DNA of 64,000 bases from Antedon mediterranea. Taxonomy: Eukaryota > Animalia > Echinodermata. The stretch's first letter is position 1; every line of letters begins with the position of its first letter. The notes under the pieces are model-generated. The model searched no databases, was not told where the DNA came from, and saw only the letters and a program-made list of their open reading frames with translations. The stretch is from the NCBI RefSeq assembly GCF_964355755.1, contig NC_092675.1:26880912-26944911 (forward strand), written 5' to 3'. The position numbers and the translations under genes were made by a program. Below, one piece after another: positions 22,272 to 37,200 of the stretch.

Positions 22272-25200
22272 TTATTCGTGTCCATAAATAACTCGTAATT
22301 CTTCACAACTTCGACAGCAGAATCCCATAAAGCCCCGTAGTGAACAGTAACTCTCGTACATGTTGATGGTGCATATAGGATTGTTCACGACTTGGCAGTC
22401 TAAAAAATAAATGGTTAAACGTTGTTAATATTGTATGTCCACCACTTACAGCACAAGCGAAGACCGGCAATGCACCACTAGAACGCAAAACAGGCGAAGT
22501 AGATGTAAGGTGACCAATCACACGACGCGATAATGATTAGGAGCTTCTTACGATTACCAAGAACAAACGCTATGGGGCTTTTAACTAAGTTATTCCCCAC
22601 AACTCAATAGTAATATAAAGACGTTCTCTTACTAGGTATACATGATTTAAGAACGCAACGTCTGGTCTGAGGTGGTTTTTCTGTTTCACAGCCTTTATCG
22701 TCTGAATCATCCAATGGATGAATGCATTTCACAGATCGATGTTGTTCGCCAAGCCCACATGTTCCCATGCACTGAATGAAAGCAGAAAGCAAAGTGTATA
22801 GTTACGTGGTTCTCAGTTGGTTAAGTAGGGGCACTGCAAACCACAGTCATGAAAATAATATTGGCATATGTTTAAGGCTCTCTCCTCAACATACTGTATT
22901 AATACCGATTCAATTATTCACTTGAAATAACAATTTTGACAATAATATTAGTGATTACCTTTCCCCATGGTTCCGCATACCAATATGGCAGACATGGCAT
23001 TCGGTTGCAAGCCCGAGTTGTGCCAGGTTTGGTCTTCTTACACTGGTCAGCAGGAACCCTCACTCTAGTACCGTCATCTTGTACCAAGGTGCACTCAGAG
23101 GTCCGGCTACGGCGACCATTTAGTCCACATGGCGAGGAACACTCCCTCCAATCGGAGACAACCCAATCATACCTGACAATTATAATGAACAGATTTAACT
23201 TGATCTGATTGATGTCAATCTGCTAAATGTAATGTGCTATTTTTTGGTAAATTTTGGACAACTATATATTAAATATAAACAAAAACTGACTTACGGATCA
23301 ACTATATCTATACTCAGTGAGACAAAATAACGCATACATTAATCTTGTGATGAATGGGCCTAGCAAACAACAGGTCTTGAGTCGGTTTATATAGTTCTTC
23401 GATGACGTTATCAGTAGCAGTATGCATTACTCTGCCCTCTGAGTATAGAACTGGCTCAACTTGATTGTTACAACCATGTTTGGAGAAGAATCTACGACTA
23501 AACTCAAATTATGCATTAAAAATGAAGAACTTTTATCACCATAATGCAATTATTAACGAAGAAACACATGTAAGTTTTGAGATATTAATGCATGTTTCCA
23601 TATTGAAATATATAAAGTTGAGAGATTATCGACGCTTAGGTTATTGTGCCACAACCGTTCAGATTACTCTATAAGACGGTTGAGCTACAAGAACCAAAAC
23701 TTCGAGACATCTTAGCTTGTTTTTGTTACTATAAATAGCATAATGACGTAATGGAATTCCATATTTTCATTACTCTTAACAATCCCCGAAACTGTAAGTA
23801 AAATTTTATTTCGTCAAACATTTCATAAATTTGTTTCATCAAGTAGTAGCCTACTTTTTTAACATAAAGCGTAACTATACTGTGCGATTGTTGGAAACCA
23901 CCAAGCTTTTGCCAAAACATTACTCACTGTTGCAGTCTTCTAGTTCACATCTCTGAAAATCTGATGGTGCTTCATCATAGCAGGCGAATTCGTTTACTCC
24001 TCCCTTTGGAATGTCGCATTCGACTGAGCGATATCTTGTTCCGTTACCACAAGTTGACGAACACTTCAAATAATAATAATAATGGTTTAAAGGGCTTTAC
24101 ACACAACACATTTCTTGAGGCAGAGAACCATTTGCATCTCTCCGTTCTTCAAAAATTTGAAACTTCAATATAATTTTATACCGTAAAGGTAATTGTAAAT
24201 AATAACAATAGTTTTTATATTAGAACCAAATGACTCATCAAATAAATACAAACAATATATAGGCCTATGCCTTTAGTAGCCTATAGTACATTTTTTTTAC
24301 ACGAACTGAAGAACATAGAACTGCAATGTTACGTCGTTCTGTTAACATGTATATACACTGACCCATCCACTGTGTACCAACAATGAACATTGGATACAAA
24401 ACTTACAACCTATCTTATCACCTTTTGTCAATGATATGTTGATGTTGTTTTTGTTGGCAATAAATTAAAGTAAAGTAATAGTAATTCAGTAAAACCAGAA
24501 TTTAAATCTTCAGGGATAAAGAAATGAAAACAAGATGTATAATTATTATATTATATTTTCATACCTGACTCCAGTCTCCAACCTTCCAAGTCGTTGGACA
24601 AAGCATTCGGTTACATGGACGTTTCCGTTCTGGTCGAGGTATACCTTTACATATTTTTGGTTTAACAAATGACTCCTTACCCAAGAACCATTTCGAACAT
24701 TTCACTTTGCGACTTTGGACACCATCATTGCCACAGGTAGCTGAGCAGCCCTCCCAACTAAATCGCTCCCATCGAAAACTGAAAAACAATGATACATAAT
24801 AGCAGTTATGATCCTATAACATATAGGGTTTGTCACCTATGTTCTGTTAATATGTTAATAATATTTGTTTGTTATTGGCTAATTATGCAAACTACGTTAC
24901 GCTTGGTGAAAGATAAAACAGTTGAATTAAAGAACCGCATTGACGAGTCAAACTTGTAATAGGGTTAGGCCTACAATAACAAGTATGTGAACAAGTTAAA
25001 TCTTACGTGGGGACAGGGCACTCGTGTGTATTACATTCTGAGCGGAGGTTCTTTGCATCATATTCACTCTGTCCACACTGTGTCTTCTTCACTGTTTTCT
25101 TATCGCTGTCACGTATACATTTATATTCAAAATAAGTCCAACCTTATGAGAAACAGCAAACATTTAATACAGTGAATGGTGAGGTACGAATACTGATGAT

Positions 25201-28200
25201 CATGATCATACTAATGATCATGATCATACTAATGACAATAACGATGGTTCTGGTGACTATGATAGCGAGCTTTCGTTTCGCGGAAGACCGTCCCGATAAG
25301 AAACGTAACGGTGTATTATTGGGCATACGTAGCATATGCTTAATACTCTATTGTAAGGATTAAAATGTAATCGTCCTTCTTCATCTACAGTATAGTCCCG
25401 AAGCGAAAACTCGCTAATAATGATCAAGAAACCTTAATAAACGAAATCGAGAGAAGATACTGTCAATAAGAACAATGTATATTGTTTGGAGGTTTGCATG
25501 GCGAAATTAAATGTTGATAAAAAGTTTGCGGTACACCAAGTATTCTACTTATATTCCAAGGATATTTCCTGGACTTTCTGCATTCTCACCCATGAGGACG
25601 ATCAAAGTAAATTGATGGAAACGTCGAGAAACTCAACAGTTATTTTCAGAACTAATATACTTCATATCAACAAGAACAATGTAATTAGTACGTGTGAATG
25701 ATATTCATAATTGGACATACCTCCTGCGCATGATTTGCTGCATTCTGTCCAACCTATCGGTGTCCATGTGTACCTTTCTTGAGGTTCCGTGATAGGAGCT
25801 ATAGTTGTCAGCTCAACGAACTGGTTTCCGGCAATGATATATCTATATGTGACATCTGCCTTGGTTTCAGAATTGTTGTAAATTGGATTTGCCTACAATA
25901 ATGAAACGAAAACATTACTGCAGTGAAATCAACTTTTATTATTGCTGGACAATTTTTTGAATAAAACAAATGGAAAAAAATTTATCGAGAATTAAACCTA
26001 AAAAACCAATAGACCCCTAGCCGCGATTTTTAATTGATCACCAATCAATTGCGTTGATTCTGAATCTATCTGCCGGAATCCTAACCACTTTTAGACCTCA
26101 ATCTTAAAGAAAAGTATAACTTTATACAAGGAGAAAATGCAACATTATAATACTCACTAAAAGTGTCACGGGATAGCTAAGCGGTCCTCTTGTTAATACT
26201 CGCTGAGATTTCGGCAAGTTGGTCACAACGAAACGAGAATGAGCTTCAATAATTTGATTTGATCGGCCGTCAGTATCTTTAGTGTTAAACATAATCTTAC
26301 CGGTCTCGGCATTTTGAAAGGCTGCAATGTAAAACGATGAATTAAATTATAAACTACACGGAACAATATTAGAAATGTAACTAGTCGAAATTGTACAACG
26401 TGTTATGAAACCAGATAGCTAAAGGTTTGCATGGCAGTCTATATGATGATAAAAGTTTGCGAAACACACGTTTGTATGTTCTGAAAAGACCTGTTGAGTT
26501 CCTCGACGTTTTGTTTTCTTTAGTAACTCGAAACAGAACGCAAACAATGCAAACACTCTCATTGTATCGTATGTGGGTAAAGTACGGTGTTTGAGAATCG
26601 ATCATTGTTACTATAGTAATCAAGTAGCCTACGTCTTGATCGCTTGATTTGGATTGGCTACGCTAGGTAACTATCATAAATGTACTTACCTAAATGATAA
26701 TAGGAATTTTTCGGTCGTATTATTTCTATGTGTCTTGAATTCCGTGGAAAAGTATAGATTTTCTGTAAAGCTGTGTAGTATAGAAATTAAATTTATGTTA
26801 TTACATGAGGGTTTTATTCAGCACGGTATATCCGCCTGTTGCATTCACAACGACCTGCCTGGCAGCAACCCACTCTTTACGAATGCATTCCATCTCACTG
26901 GAACATAGCAACAGGTGAACAAAAAATATGCAATTAAATCATTGTGCGTCACATAAAAAACATACGTCACAATGAGTCTATATAAAAATGATAAACCTTA
27001 TTTAATCCAAAAAACAATGTGATTATAATGGGGTGGGGAAGTAGGATTCGTAAATATCGGTTGTCCATATTGGTGTTGGCATATTTCATACCACATACTT
27101 TGTGTCAAGGCTTTCTTGTATCTGTAGTCCGGATAAGCACACGTGGAATCGTCACCTCCGCACACGCCACATGAATCCTCTCTTTTATATGAGCCTAGAA
27201 CAAAATCACAGCCCATTTTCTGAAATGAAAAACACACAAACGGTAAAAATTACACCATAAGTAAAGGGCCTACTATGTAAATGCATTATAAATACCCATT
27301 CGCTAACCTCCATAAAGCTTTGTTCCCACTAGAACGTAACGCAAGGACGTAAACGCAACGCAAGCGTTTTAACCAATCACAAGCAAATAAGCCATCGCTT
27401 GTGATTGGTCAATTCATTTGCGTTGCGTTACGTCACGTCCTTGCGTTGCGTCGCTAGTGGGAACCACGCTTTATGTAGGAGTCGTAAACAATCCTTTATT
27501 TTTAATAAATGACGAGTGAAATGAAGTGAAAATAATCGTAACGTACTCACCCTGCACCTTCCCGACATGCACAAGTTATTTTGGCTGTCATAAGAGCACG
27601 GGGTACCATCGACCACAAGGAAATCAAACTTCTTGTGTACTCCACTGAGGCGGTTTATGCACGAAAGTGCGCATCTTTCATCTCCTGAATATAAACAATT
27701 ATTTGTTAGTTCAAATTTATTGATTGAAGTGATGAAATCATTTTCATCGTTGTCATCTTTTGAAATCGCCCTGACGTATTCATTGCATCTTTATACGAAT
27801 GTGACTGTTATTGCTATCATTAACGATTGTGAACATTTCTACTAAGAAGATGTTTTTTTACCGTTTTTTTATTTACTATACTACACACTGTTTCTGGACC
27901 CCATTTAAAATAAATCGGCCACTTATAATTGTAATAGGTTATCCTGATATCCTTTTAAAAATGTATTTTTGGATGGTTGTCAACGAAGCCAGTCGAAATA
28001 GCAATGTGGTTTGTGGTGGTATTGAGGAAAATGTAGATACATATGACGCAATTTTTTTATTTAAAAAGGACATGACGGATAGAAAACATTTATTCTTATA
28101 GACCTGTCATTTCCTTAGTGTCAATATTACCATGTGGTTATTACCTGCCGTTCCGCCTTCATATGGCTTCCATATACCTACTGATCCTTCATACGTGTTC

Positions 28201-31200
28201 TCATACTCTCCCATCTGCTCACAATATAATTCCCGGATGTCCTCTCTCGTGTACTCGCATTCCTGAACATGAAAAACAAAAACTTTTGTTTTATCTAACA
28301 ATTCAAGCTTGGTTGTCACATTTCCGCAACGTAACGGCACAACGTAAGTTAAATGACCAATCACAAGCGACCTTTTGGGTGATTTATCCCGTCGTGATTG
28401 GTCAAATTAGTTGCAGTGCGCGTATGTCATTGCGTTTCAAGTGGGAACAAAACTTAAGATTATCACAATGACAGCACCGGACATGAATGAGTTCCGAATT
28501 AATACGCTGTCAATCTTGACTAAACTAATGGTTTCAAGATGAAAACTGTTAATGGCTGAGGCAACTTTCAAGACAATGTGAATCTTACCTCTTCGTTACA
28601 CACTTCATATTCCATATAATCACCAGCGCAATCATCACCTCCGTAAAGTGGTCTACACAAAAATAATGTGTGGGGGATAAGACATAACACATTGGAACTG
28701 AACAATAGCATCTATTGTATATCGAATCTGTTATAGTTTAATGCATATAAAAACATTGAAATATTACGTACGCCGGAGAATTACACTCCCTTATTCGTAT
28801 ACTGACTCCACCTCCACAGCCGTATGAACAACTGCTCCATTCGCTCCAGGCACTCCAGGCTCCATGCTGTTTATTGGTACGTGCACATCTTCCTTGTTGA
28901 CACCACTGAAATATTATGCAGAAATAACTTACATAAGTTGCTTTATAGCCTAGTTATGAAGTGTAATATCGGTATGTACCGCTTCCTTTCTCATCTTTGC
29001 GACATCTCACCACTCACTTATCCCACAACCTTTGACTTTTCTTTTTGCTTTTCTTATTTATGCTTACCCCTTGATCTCCACAGGGAGTTCCGTCGAGGGC
29101 TGGTGACACTGCATAATCATGAGCACATACTGATCCGTTTTGTGGATGATGACACAGAAGTGTTTGACATGGGTCATACTAAATGTGAGAAATATTTACA
29201 GTGTATTCATTATACAATATATATAATATAGAGTAATATAGCATAAAAAAATTATAATATTAATTAAGATTGCAAAGAAAGCAGGTAAACAGAAACAGAA
29301 AAACGACGACACGACACGTGTAAAGCATTATATTGTTGAAATATATAATACATGTTTGCTTAAGAAATTACAAACCCCGTAGTATGAAACTGCCCATGGG
29401 CACACCTGATGACCATCGCCCATAACGAATCGGCATTGGTCACTGAGTGTGTATAGTTTTCCTGGGTGACTTGATGGTTCTGGAAAACCAGCATCAAAAG
29501 GTGAATCAACCAGACACGTAAATACACTGTAGGTAGAAAGTAACGTCTACATTTATTGGTAGGCCCCTACACATTATTTATTCACTATTAAGGTACAATC
29601 CTTTTTAAGGGGACACCCAGGAGGCCATATTAAGAAGACACTCTCTCGTGAAACGAAAGACGGCAATATGTTTTAAAACTACGGCAAGTCCCTATTAACG
29701 GGGACATTCCTTTCAAATTTGACACTTCTCGTAAGTATCCCCTGATTGGAATATTACTCAATATTCCGAACCAATAGGAGATACATTTCTTAAATTGATA
29801 GTGAAAGTATGAATATCCCAACCGTAGTATTTATAGTAAATGATATTTGCCCGAGGTGAAGGAAAAAATCATTAAAGATATTACTTACTGCATCCACGCT
29901 TTCAGCGAGTCTCTACTACATTTAGACCAGAAGTACTGGTTGTAGTTAGATAGAACCAGTGGTGCCATTATACTGCCAATGGTTGATTCGTAAGAACAGT
30001 TGTTGCTCGTCGTGTCGTGCATCATGCCCATACTGAAAAGATGGATAACACTGTAAATAGTAGGTAGAGAGAGGCTATAATATTATACAAACTGACATTT
30101 TCTAGAAAAGAATTAAAATAATGTGATACACGTCAACCTATTGGCTATTGGATATGGTAGCCTTAAAAATTGAAAGTCTGGTAACAAAAATCATACAGTA
30201 GGCCTTCAAAACAGCATTATCAACGTGTTGTCTGTTTGTTAGACCTATGTACGACTTTTTGTAGTAGTTATAGATTATGTGGAACTTAGGGATTTGCATT
30301 GGAGAAGTGCAATCGTGTCTTTACTTACAGATGACCAAGTTCGTGAGCAACAATAAAGCCTGACGGTAAACCCTGGTCTTTTACGATTGCACAGTTCTGT
30401 GTCCATTTGCACATGCCTGTAACCATTGCTATACCTGTAAATGAAAAGTATGTGATATTTTCTTTACAACACGGAAACATACATCGGGGAAATTCTCGAG
30501 GTACCGTATTCTACACTATCAAGTGGCGGATCCACCTCTGATCAGAGGACTCCCAGATCAACTTTTCATAACTTATTATTCTTAATGTTGATATTCTTAT
30601 TGTATACATTAGTTTTCATGCCTAAACATAATTACAATTAGACACAAAGTATCCTAAAGTAAGAGAATCAATTCAATAACTATTATTACCTGCCTGTTTA
30701 GACTTTCTTCTGCTGAGGAACACCATTGCATCAAAATGATCTGGATGGCTATCATCTACGTTCTGTATTGTCGATGACCATGCGCACACTACGTGACGAC
30801 TATACGCCATATTGCCTTCCACTATCATATGCTTTGACTGAAATAATTGACAAAGAAAAGTCTAAATTATTAAAAAGAATAAATAATAATTGTTTTTGTT
30901 TTAAGTTTAAACCCAGCCTTGAAATGGTTTCTGACAATTATAAAACAATGTCACTTTGGTTCTATTTGCCTTTTGTTGTTAATTCATGACATTTTACCGA
31001 TCTTTCATCCAAGGCCATTATTTTGACGACCGCAATTTTTAGTTTTGCCTCGATAGTCGGATGAGAATACGCCTTGTTTGCCTACAAGAAAAAAACCAAC
31101 AAAATATATTACCAATACTATATACAGCATATTCAAGTCATACAATGAATGTCTAGACACTCTTTTCCATTTTTGTTTTGAAATGTTGCTGAATACCATC

Positions 31201-34200
31201 TTTAATAAGATGACTTCTCCAAGAGCCCTCGATAAACATGCAAATGCAAACATTCATATAAAATATAAAATGTTTAGAACAAAGTTAAGTATATATAATC
31301 TGTACAATTAAAGTTATAATCGTTAAAGTTGTTAATGGATAAAAACTTATCTGCAATATAATTGAAGTCTTAAAAGAGTTGATATCAACAGAAAGGCTTA
31401 TATGAATAGGGATGTTTGATGAATTTTATATAAAATTAATCACAACTGTAAAAGAAACCTTATTTCTAAATGTAATCATTCTTGGCACATACAACTAATA
31501 CCGGAACAAATGGTGTTTATCAGAATTCAGCAGCAATTAAACTAAGGTATCGTTTTAACGTAATAAAATGACTCAGAATATTTGTGGTTAGATTATACAA
31601 TTATCAGACAGATTTGCACATTTTAAGGTAAAACTAGAGTGTATGGAAACCTGTTAGAGAGGTGTATAAAAATATCATCTTTGTAACAGTCACTCTTCTG
31701 CAGCGGATCCAAATTAATTTCTTGTATATACGTATTCGTATACCTTTGTCGTAATTATTGAATTTACACATTTTTTTTTGTCTTGTGTGAGTTCATCTCA
31801 CGTTTATTTAAATTCTCATTGGTGAATATATTATATACATATAAGTACATTTGTGACATTTGTTACAAAAGTAAGTGTTTAAAGTAGTTAAAATACAGGT
31901 ATATTTACATAATAAGATGCTTGAATTCAGTATTCACCATATTTGTTTTCATTAAAAATTTAAATACGATGTTAATTAAAATGTAAAAATGAAAAATGGC
32001 GGTAAAATACATGATTAAAATTTTCTTTTTAAACTATCTTATTTGTGATATTATTTGTGTTCGAGTAGAGAGGCTATAAACTCAGGGGAGGAAAATGTAG
32101 TATCCTCCCTTTTCACCAAGATAAAAAGGATGAAATGAAAAAGAGGGATGCAAAAATGTGAAAGTTAGATATTTAGAATGATAACATGCAATGATATATT
32201 TAATGAAAACCGTAAGGTTAGAGTTCATACACTGTGCATGTCCAAGATGCAATTTTGGCTCTGTGCGTATGTGAGACGCTTCATACCCGATGTCACCTTG
32301 GTACAACTACTACTTACAATTTGTATTTACGATATAAAATATTGAAAATATAGAAAAATATATATATATTGGACAAATACAAATACATGCAGATAACATT
32401 GACATGTATACAATATGAATATTACAAATATAGAAAAATATATATATATATTAAAAAATAAATACCAATAATTACAGATTTCATATAAGTTATTAAAATT
32501 GTCTAAAAACATAATCAATGGTTACATTTAAAATTTACACATTTTAAGGTATAACTAGAGAGTGTATGAAAAACTGTTGAGTGTTTTACAAAATACCATC
32601 TTAGAAACAGTCACTCCTGCGGATTCAAACTAATTTCTAATTTCCTGGAAGGATTGACCACTCAAAATAAAACTGCCTACTTTGCGATACGTATTTTGTC
32701 GTAATTTGAAAAAGTACTTCCAATGATTATAAATACAGGTTAAATGGTTGAGGTAATAGGACATACAATAATCTAACCACTGACTGATAGAATTAACATC
32801 GTTTTTTTAAAAAGATTAAAACATAATATTCTCTTATCAGTAAGACACATCAACAGTTAATAGTTAAATGTACTTACAATGTTCACCATGGTCAATACAT
32901 AATCTTCAACTTTGGCCTCACCATGCATCTTAATCACGGTATAGTCAACTGCTACCATTAGTTCAATCGTGTAATCATGGTCTTTAGATATTGCCCTTCG
33001 TTCCCTTATTTTTTTTGCTTTTGTAATTGTGTCGTTGAGCATTATGAAATCGTCTGACAAATCGATTCCTTTAAAAAATGTAACAATTTATAAAATTATT
33101 TATCTTCTCTTGCCTTGCAAGTACTTCAAAAGCACATGTATTAAGGAAGAACCATTATATTTAGTTGATACAAAAAGATTTACTATTTAGATTTTTTGTT
33201 GTTATATATTTCCACCTTCTGTTGCTAAACTCATATTTGTTATATGTTGCAGAGGCTCTTAAGACTAAGGCTGTGCCTTGTGAGGAGCCTCTGAGTGAAG
33301 TATTACATTTAAATATGAACCTGATAATACTTTAAAACAATAATTATGAACAAATAGTCGATTAAAAAATACATTACAATACTATAGTTTTATATTTTTT
33401 TTAGGTTCTTAAAGATTTCCAACAAAATGGCTCTTTCTTATTTTTTTACTAACTTTATTTCATCTACGTATCTTCCCTTATTTGTATCATATTCCAACGT
33501 TCAAACTAAAACAACGTTTTATTTTATTTCAGACATTCAACAGCGAGGAGAAACTCGCCAATTAGAGGATAAAACATTTTTAGGCTTAGGGATGGAGTAG
33601 GAAGAGTCGTTGGTTATCCTGAACTAAGCACGTTAATCATAAGCTACCACTAACAGTACTATTTTAATATAGTTCTGATGTTTTGGAATAGTTCGTAATT
33701 CAGTCTATCGGTAGCTTGTAAAACAGTTAATCTGCCCTTTAACTTTGAGGAAACTTGACTTTTATTGATAGCCTACTTTGCTAAATTTAAGCCGGTAGCG
33801 CAGGGATGAGTGATACTAAAGTCATTCCACCAAAATTGAATTTATAAATACGTAAGTAAAGGATTAAAGAATTATTTAAGAAATAATAAAACATATGAAG
33901 ATTCTTTTTCAGGAATTTAGGACTACTGTCTGGCAATGTTTGACTTAATTTTGTTTATTCCTAAATATTGCGTGTTTACTTAAAATTTGTTTACGCTATT
34001 TATGGTTCTGGAGTATCTCTGAAATGTAAAGTCTTTAAAGTCTTCTTTCTATCTTTCACTTAAAAGGCTGGAAGGAAGAAATGATTCTCTATAACCACAT
34101 AACATAAAACAACTACTGTGTATGGTAATTAAATAATTAAATTTCGTGATGATTTCAGAATAACAAATTGAGTTTCTATATTTCATATTTCAACTGTCAA

Positions 34201-37200
34201 ATATCAAGGTTCTCTGTTGCAGGATGTTATTAATTGTCTCATTTGTTGGCCTGTACAATAGCACGTAGCAGAGTGCCACGTTGTAAATTTACTTCTCCAG
34301 GCCTCACCATTAAACTCAACTTTGAACATCAAGCATTGCTGCTTATATTAGTAGCTTCGGACTAAATTATTTTTAAATTATATCTTTAAATTGACAAAAT
34401 TCAAAATATTGAATGATAAGTTAAAAAGGAGCAAGTAATAATTAACCCGAACTGAATACTGTATGTCTTACTCTGTCATAAAACACAATAAAAAAAATAC
34501 TGTATAAAAAAATAATATAATAGAATGTATATACCTATTTAAACATTTAAAAAAGTCTTCACTAAATTAGTTTTTGACTAAAATAATTAATAATTTTATG
34601 CGATAGTATAGTTATTAAAGAATATTTACAATGTGTTGAATAGAGCATACTTTGTAATGACATTATGCACTATTTAAATAATCTACATTATTATGCGTCG
34701 AGTAGGTCAAAATACACGAACTGCTGTAATTTAAAACTGTCAATTTTGAAAGTAAAACAAATTTAAATCTGACACTTTAACTACAAATAGTTCACTATTT
34801 CCGTAGTTAAAAGCTCTGTTTTCATTCATTGACAAAATTGTTGAGTTTCTGTAATATGTCAGATTATTATTCTTCTATCGTTATGGTAAAATGGCAAGAA
34901 TATGTGATATAAGACTATTATCCCAGTCTCAATTTTTGTTATTTTGTAAAAAAAAAAATTATAAATATTACCGCAAGTCTATATCAGATAAAACTAAAAA
35001 AAAAAGAATCCTATTAGGCCTACCTGATTTGTTTCCTTTTGTGTAATCATTAGACTTTACTGCAGACTTTTTGTAGACAACATGTAGTTGGCCAGCTGAT
35101 GCGACTGGATCGTAGTCTAAGGTAATCGGTTCAATGAGGTAGTCTTCTCGATTGTGAAGAATCCACCCGTGCTAAAGTGCAAAAATAAATACAAAATATC
35201 TTCCTTAAAATAGCCCATGTAATATCAATAATCACCGTCGTCATCATCAACGTTTGTCCACACGAATCTAGCAAAATATGGATCTGGTAGAAGGAGATTT
35301 CTTTTATTTATGGGGACTATATTTGAGTAGTGCTAATATATAGGCCTAGATATGAAGGTTTTATGAGTAATAGTGTGTTTGTATTTTAAGCATAACAAAG
35401 AAAGTAAAACTAAATATATAGAAGAAATGATTGTGATTACTTTTGTGATATTTTTTTTTTCTTTTATGATGTTCAACTTACTAAACCATGGCACGTACTA
35501 ATCGCAACTTTCGAGTCAGGATCTCCATCCACCTGACCGAAGTAGTGACACCTCCGGTAAACTGGACTTGTCCTGGTTGTGACGTTGTTGTGAACAAACT
35601 CGACCTTTAACCCTGGCTTAATTAACCACCTATTCGTTGTAACGTTCAGCTTTACGTCAATTCCGTCACCCTTTAAGTTGAAATAAAAGTACTTTGGGTT
35701 GATAGAATTGACATCACGACGCTTCCGATGGTGTGTAACTTCCTGAAATTCATGTAGGCCACCCTCGTATTCCGTGTTTAGTAAATGTTGGAAGAACTCC
35801 CCATTTGGAGTGGATCTGTATGGTCTAAGCAGAGTATACGACGACAGCTGGGAATTTAATTTGTCTGAGGATGTAAAAAAACGTGTAAATGTATCTGCTA
35901 ATTATAATGTTAAGAGTAAATTTAAAACCTGTATAAAGATGGTGATACTTATTACTGTCATGTTTTACCGGTGTATGTTGAATGAGAAGAGACACGTTTT
36001 ATGTACGTGTTCTAAATGGTACGACGCCATGTTTGTACGCTTGCGTTAACGTTGCTTCTGTGCTAATACGTTGATTCAATATTAAAAGTTGAATAAAAAC
36101 AATAATAAACAATACTATCTATTAAATATTATAAGATATTCAAGATATTCAATTCTTACGTTTTACATCTTGTATATGTTTTCCTTCAAATCCAATTCCT
36201 CTTACCTGCAAAAACATAGAAAGTATATAGAATAATTGTGAGAAATAAACAATATTTTATTGCAGGCTACAGACACCTCCTGTAAATTATTTAGAATCTC
36301 AATTTCTTGTCTACTCCGCATACAAATTATTATTTATATTTTATAGCAATTTGCTTTTCGTAGATTTGAGTAGCCTTCCTTATACTTGATCGACTAGAAG
36401 CTGTTAGATCAACGTGTCTACGGCTAATAAACTGTGATAAAACGCATAGAATAATGAAATAAAATTAGACAGCATCACTCTATCTAGGGTGTACGGTACT
36501 AAAATAATAAGGAACCGGGTTTTATTAAAATTATGCAAAAAGTATATACCTAAATAATGTTATGTAGGCCTAATCATTATAAAACTTAGAAACTTAGTGA
36601 TACTGCTGTTTTTTTATTTGCTTATCTTTAGAATCTTACAACTGTTTTAGACTAAATTGTTTTTGTTTTATGTCACGTATAAGTCTTTTCTAAAATAATC
36701 ACCGAACTATATGTTGATATAGGTAGTAGGGTAGTGATGATCGAAATGTTTTTAAATATCAAATGCCAACCCGTCTTTCATCCCATTTTGCAGAAACCAA
36801 CATGCATTTTTATAACAGACTTAACGTCTAAAACTAGAATTGATTTGTGGGTTAATGTGCGGAATTCTTGAAGGAACGGTTCATTCATTCTCTTCACCTA
36901 CAAACATAAAGGTCAAACATAAGGACTTCTTTCTTCTTCAACATCGTGCATATTTCAAATGGAAAGAAGCTCCTAAATCTGACAAACCTTCCAGATGAAA
37001 TCCAGACATGTATATTGATTGACATTTATGAAAAGCCAAGGCATCTTTGAATCACGTCTCGATCAAAAGAGTTCCTCAACAAATAGCTCACCACATTTAC
37101 AACATTTTAAAGTTTAACTTGTATGAGGTTTTGTATTTCCAGACACCCATGAGATTTTTCCTAAGTCAAATTTAATGTATTTCTCTAGAGGTAAATATTT

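Noticed and set aside
25144-25363. Hydrophobic Met/Ile-rich ORFs on both strands
   Set aside because: Translation of an (ATG/ATC)n-like simple repeat next to a MITE.
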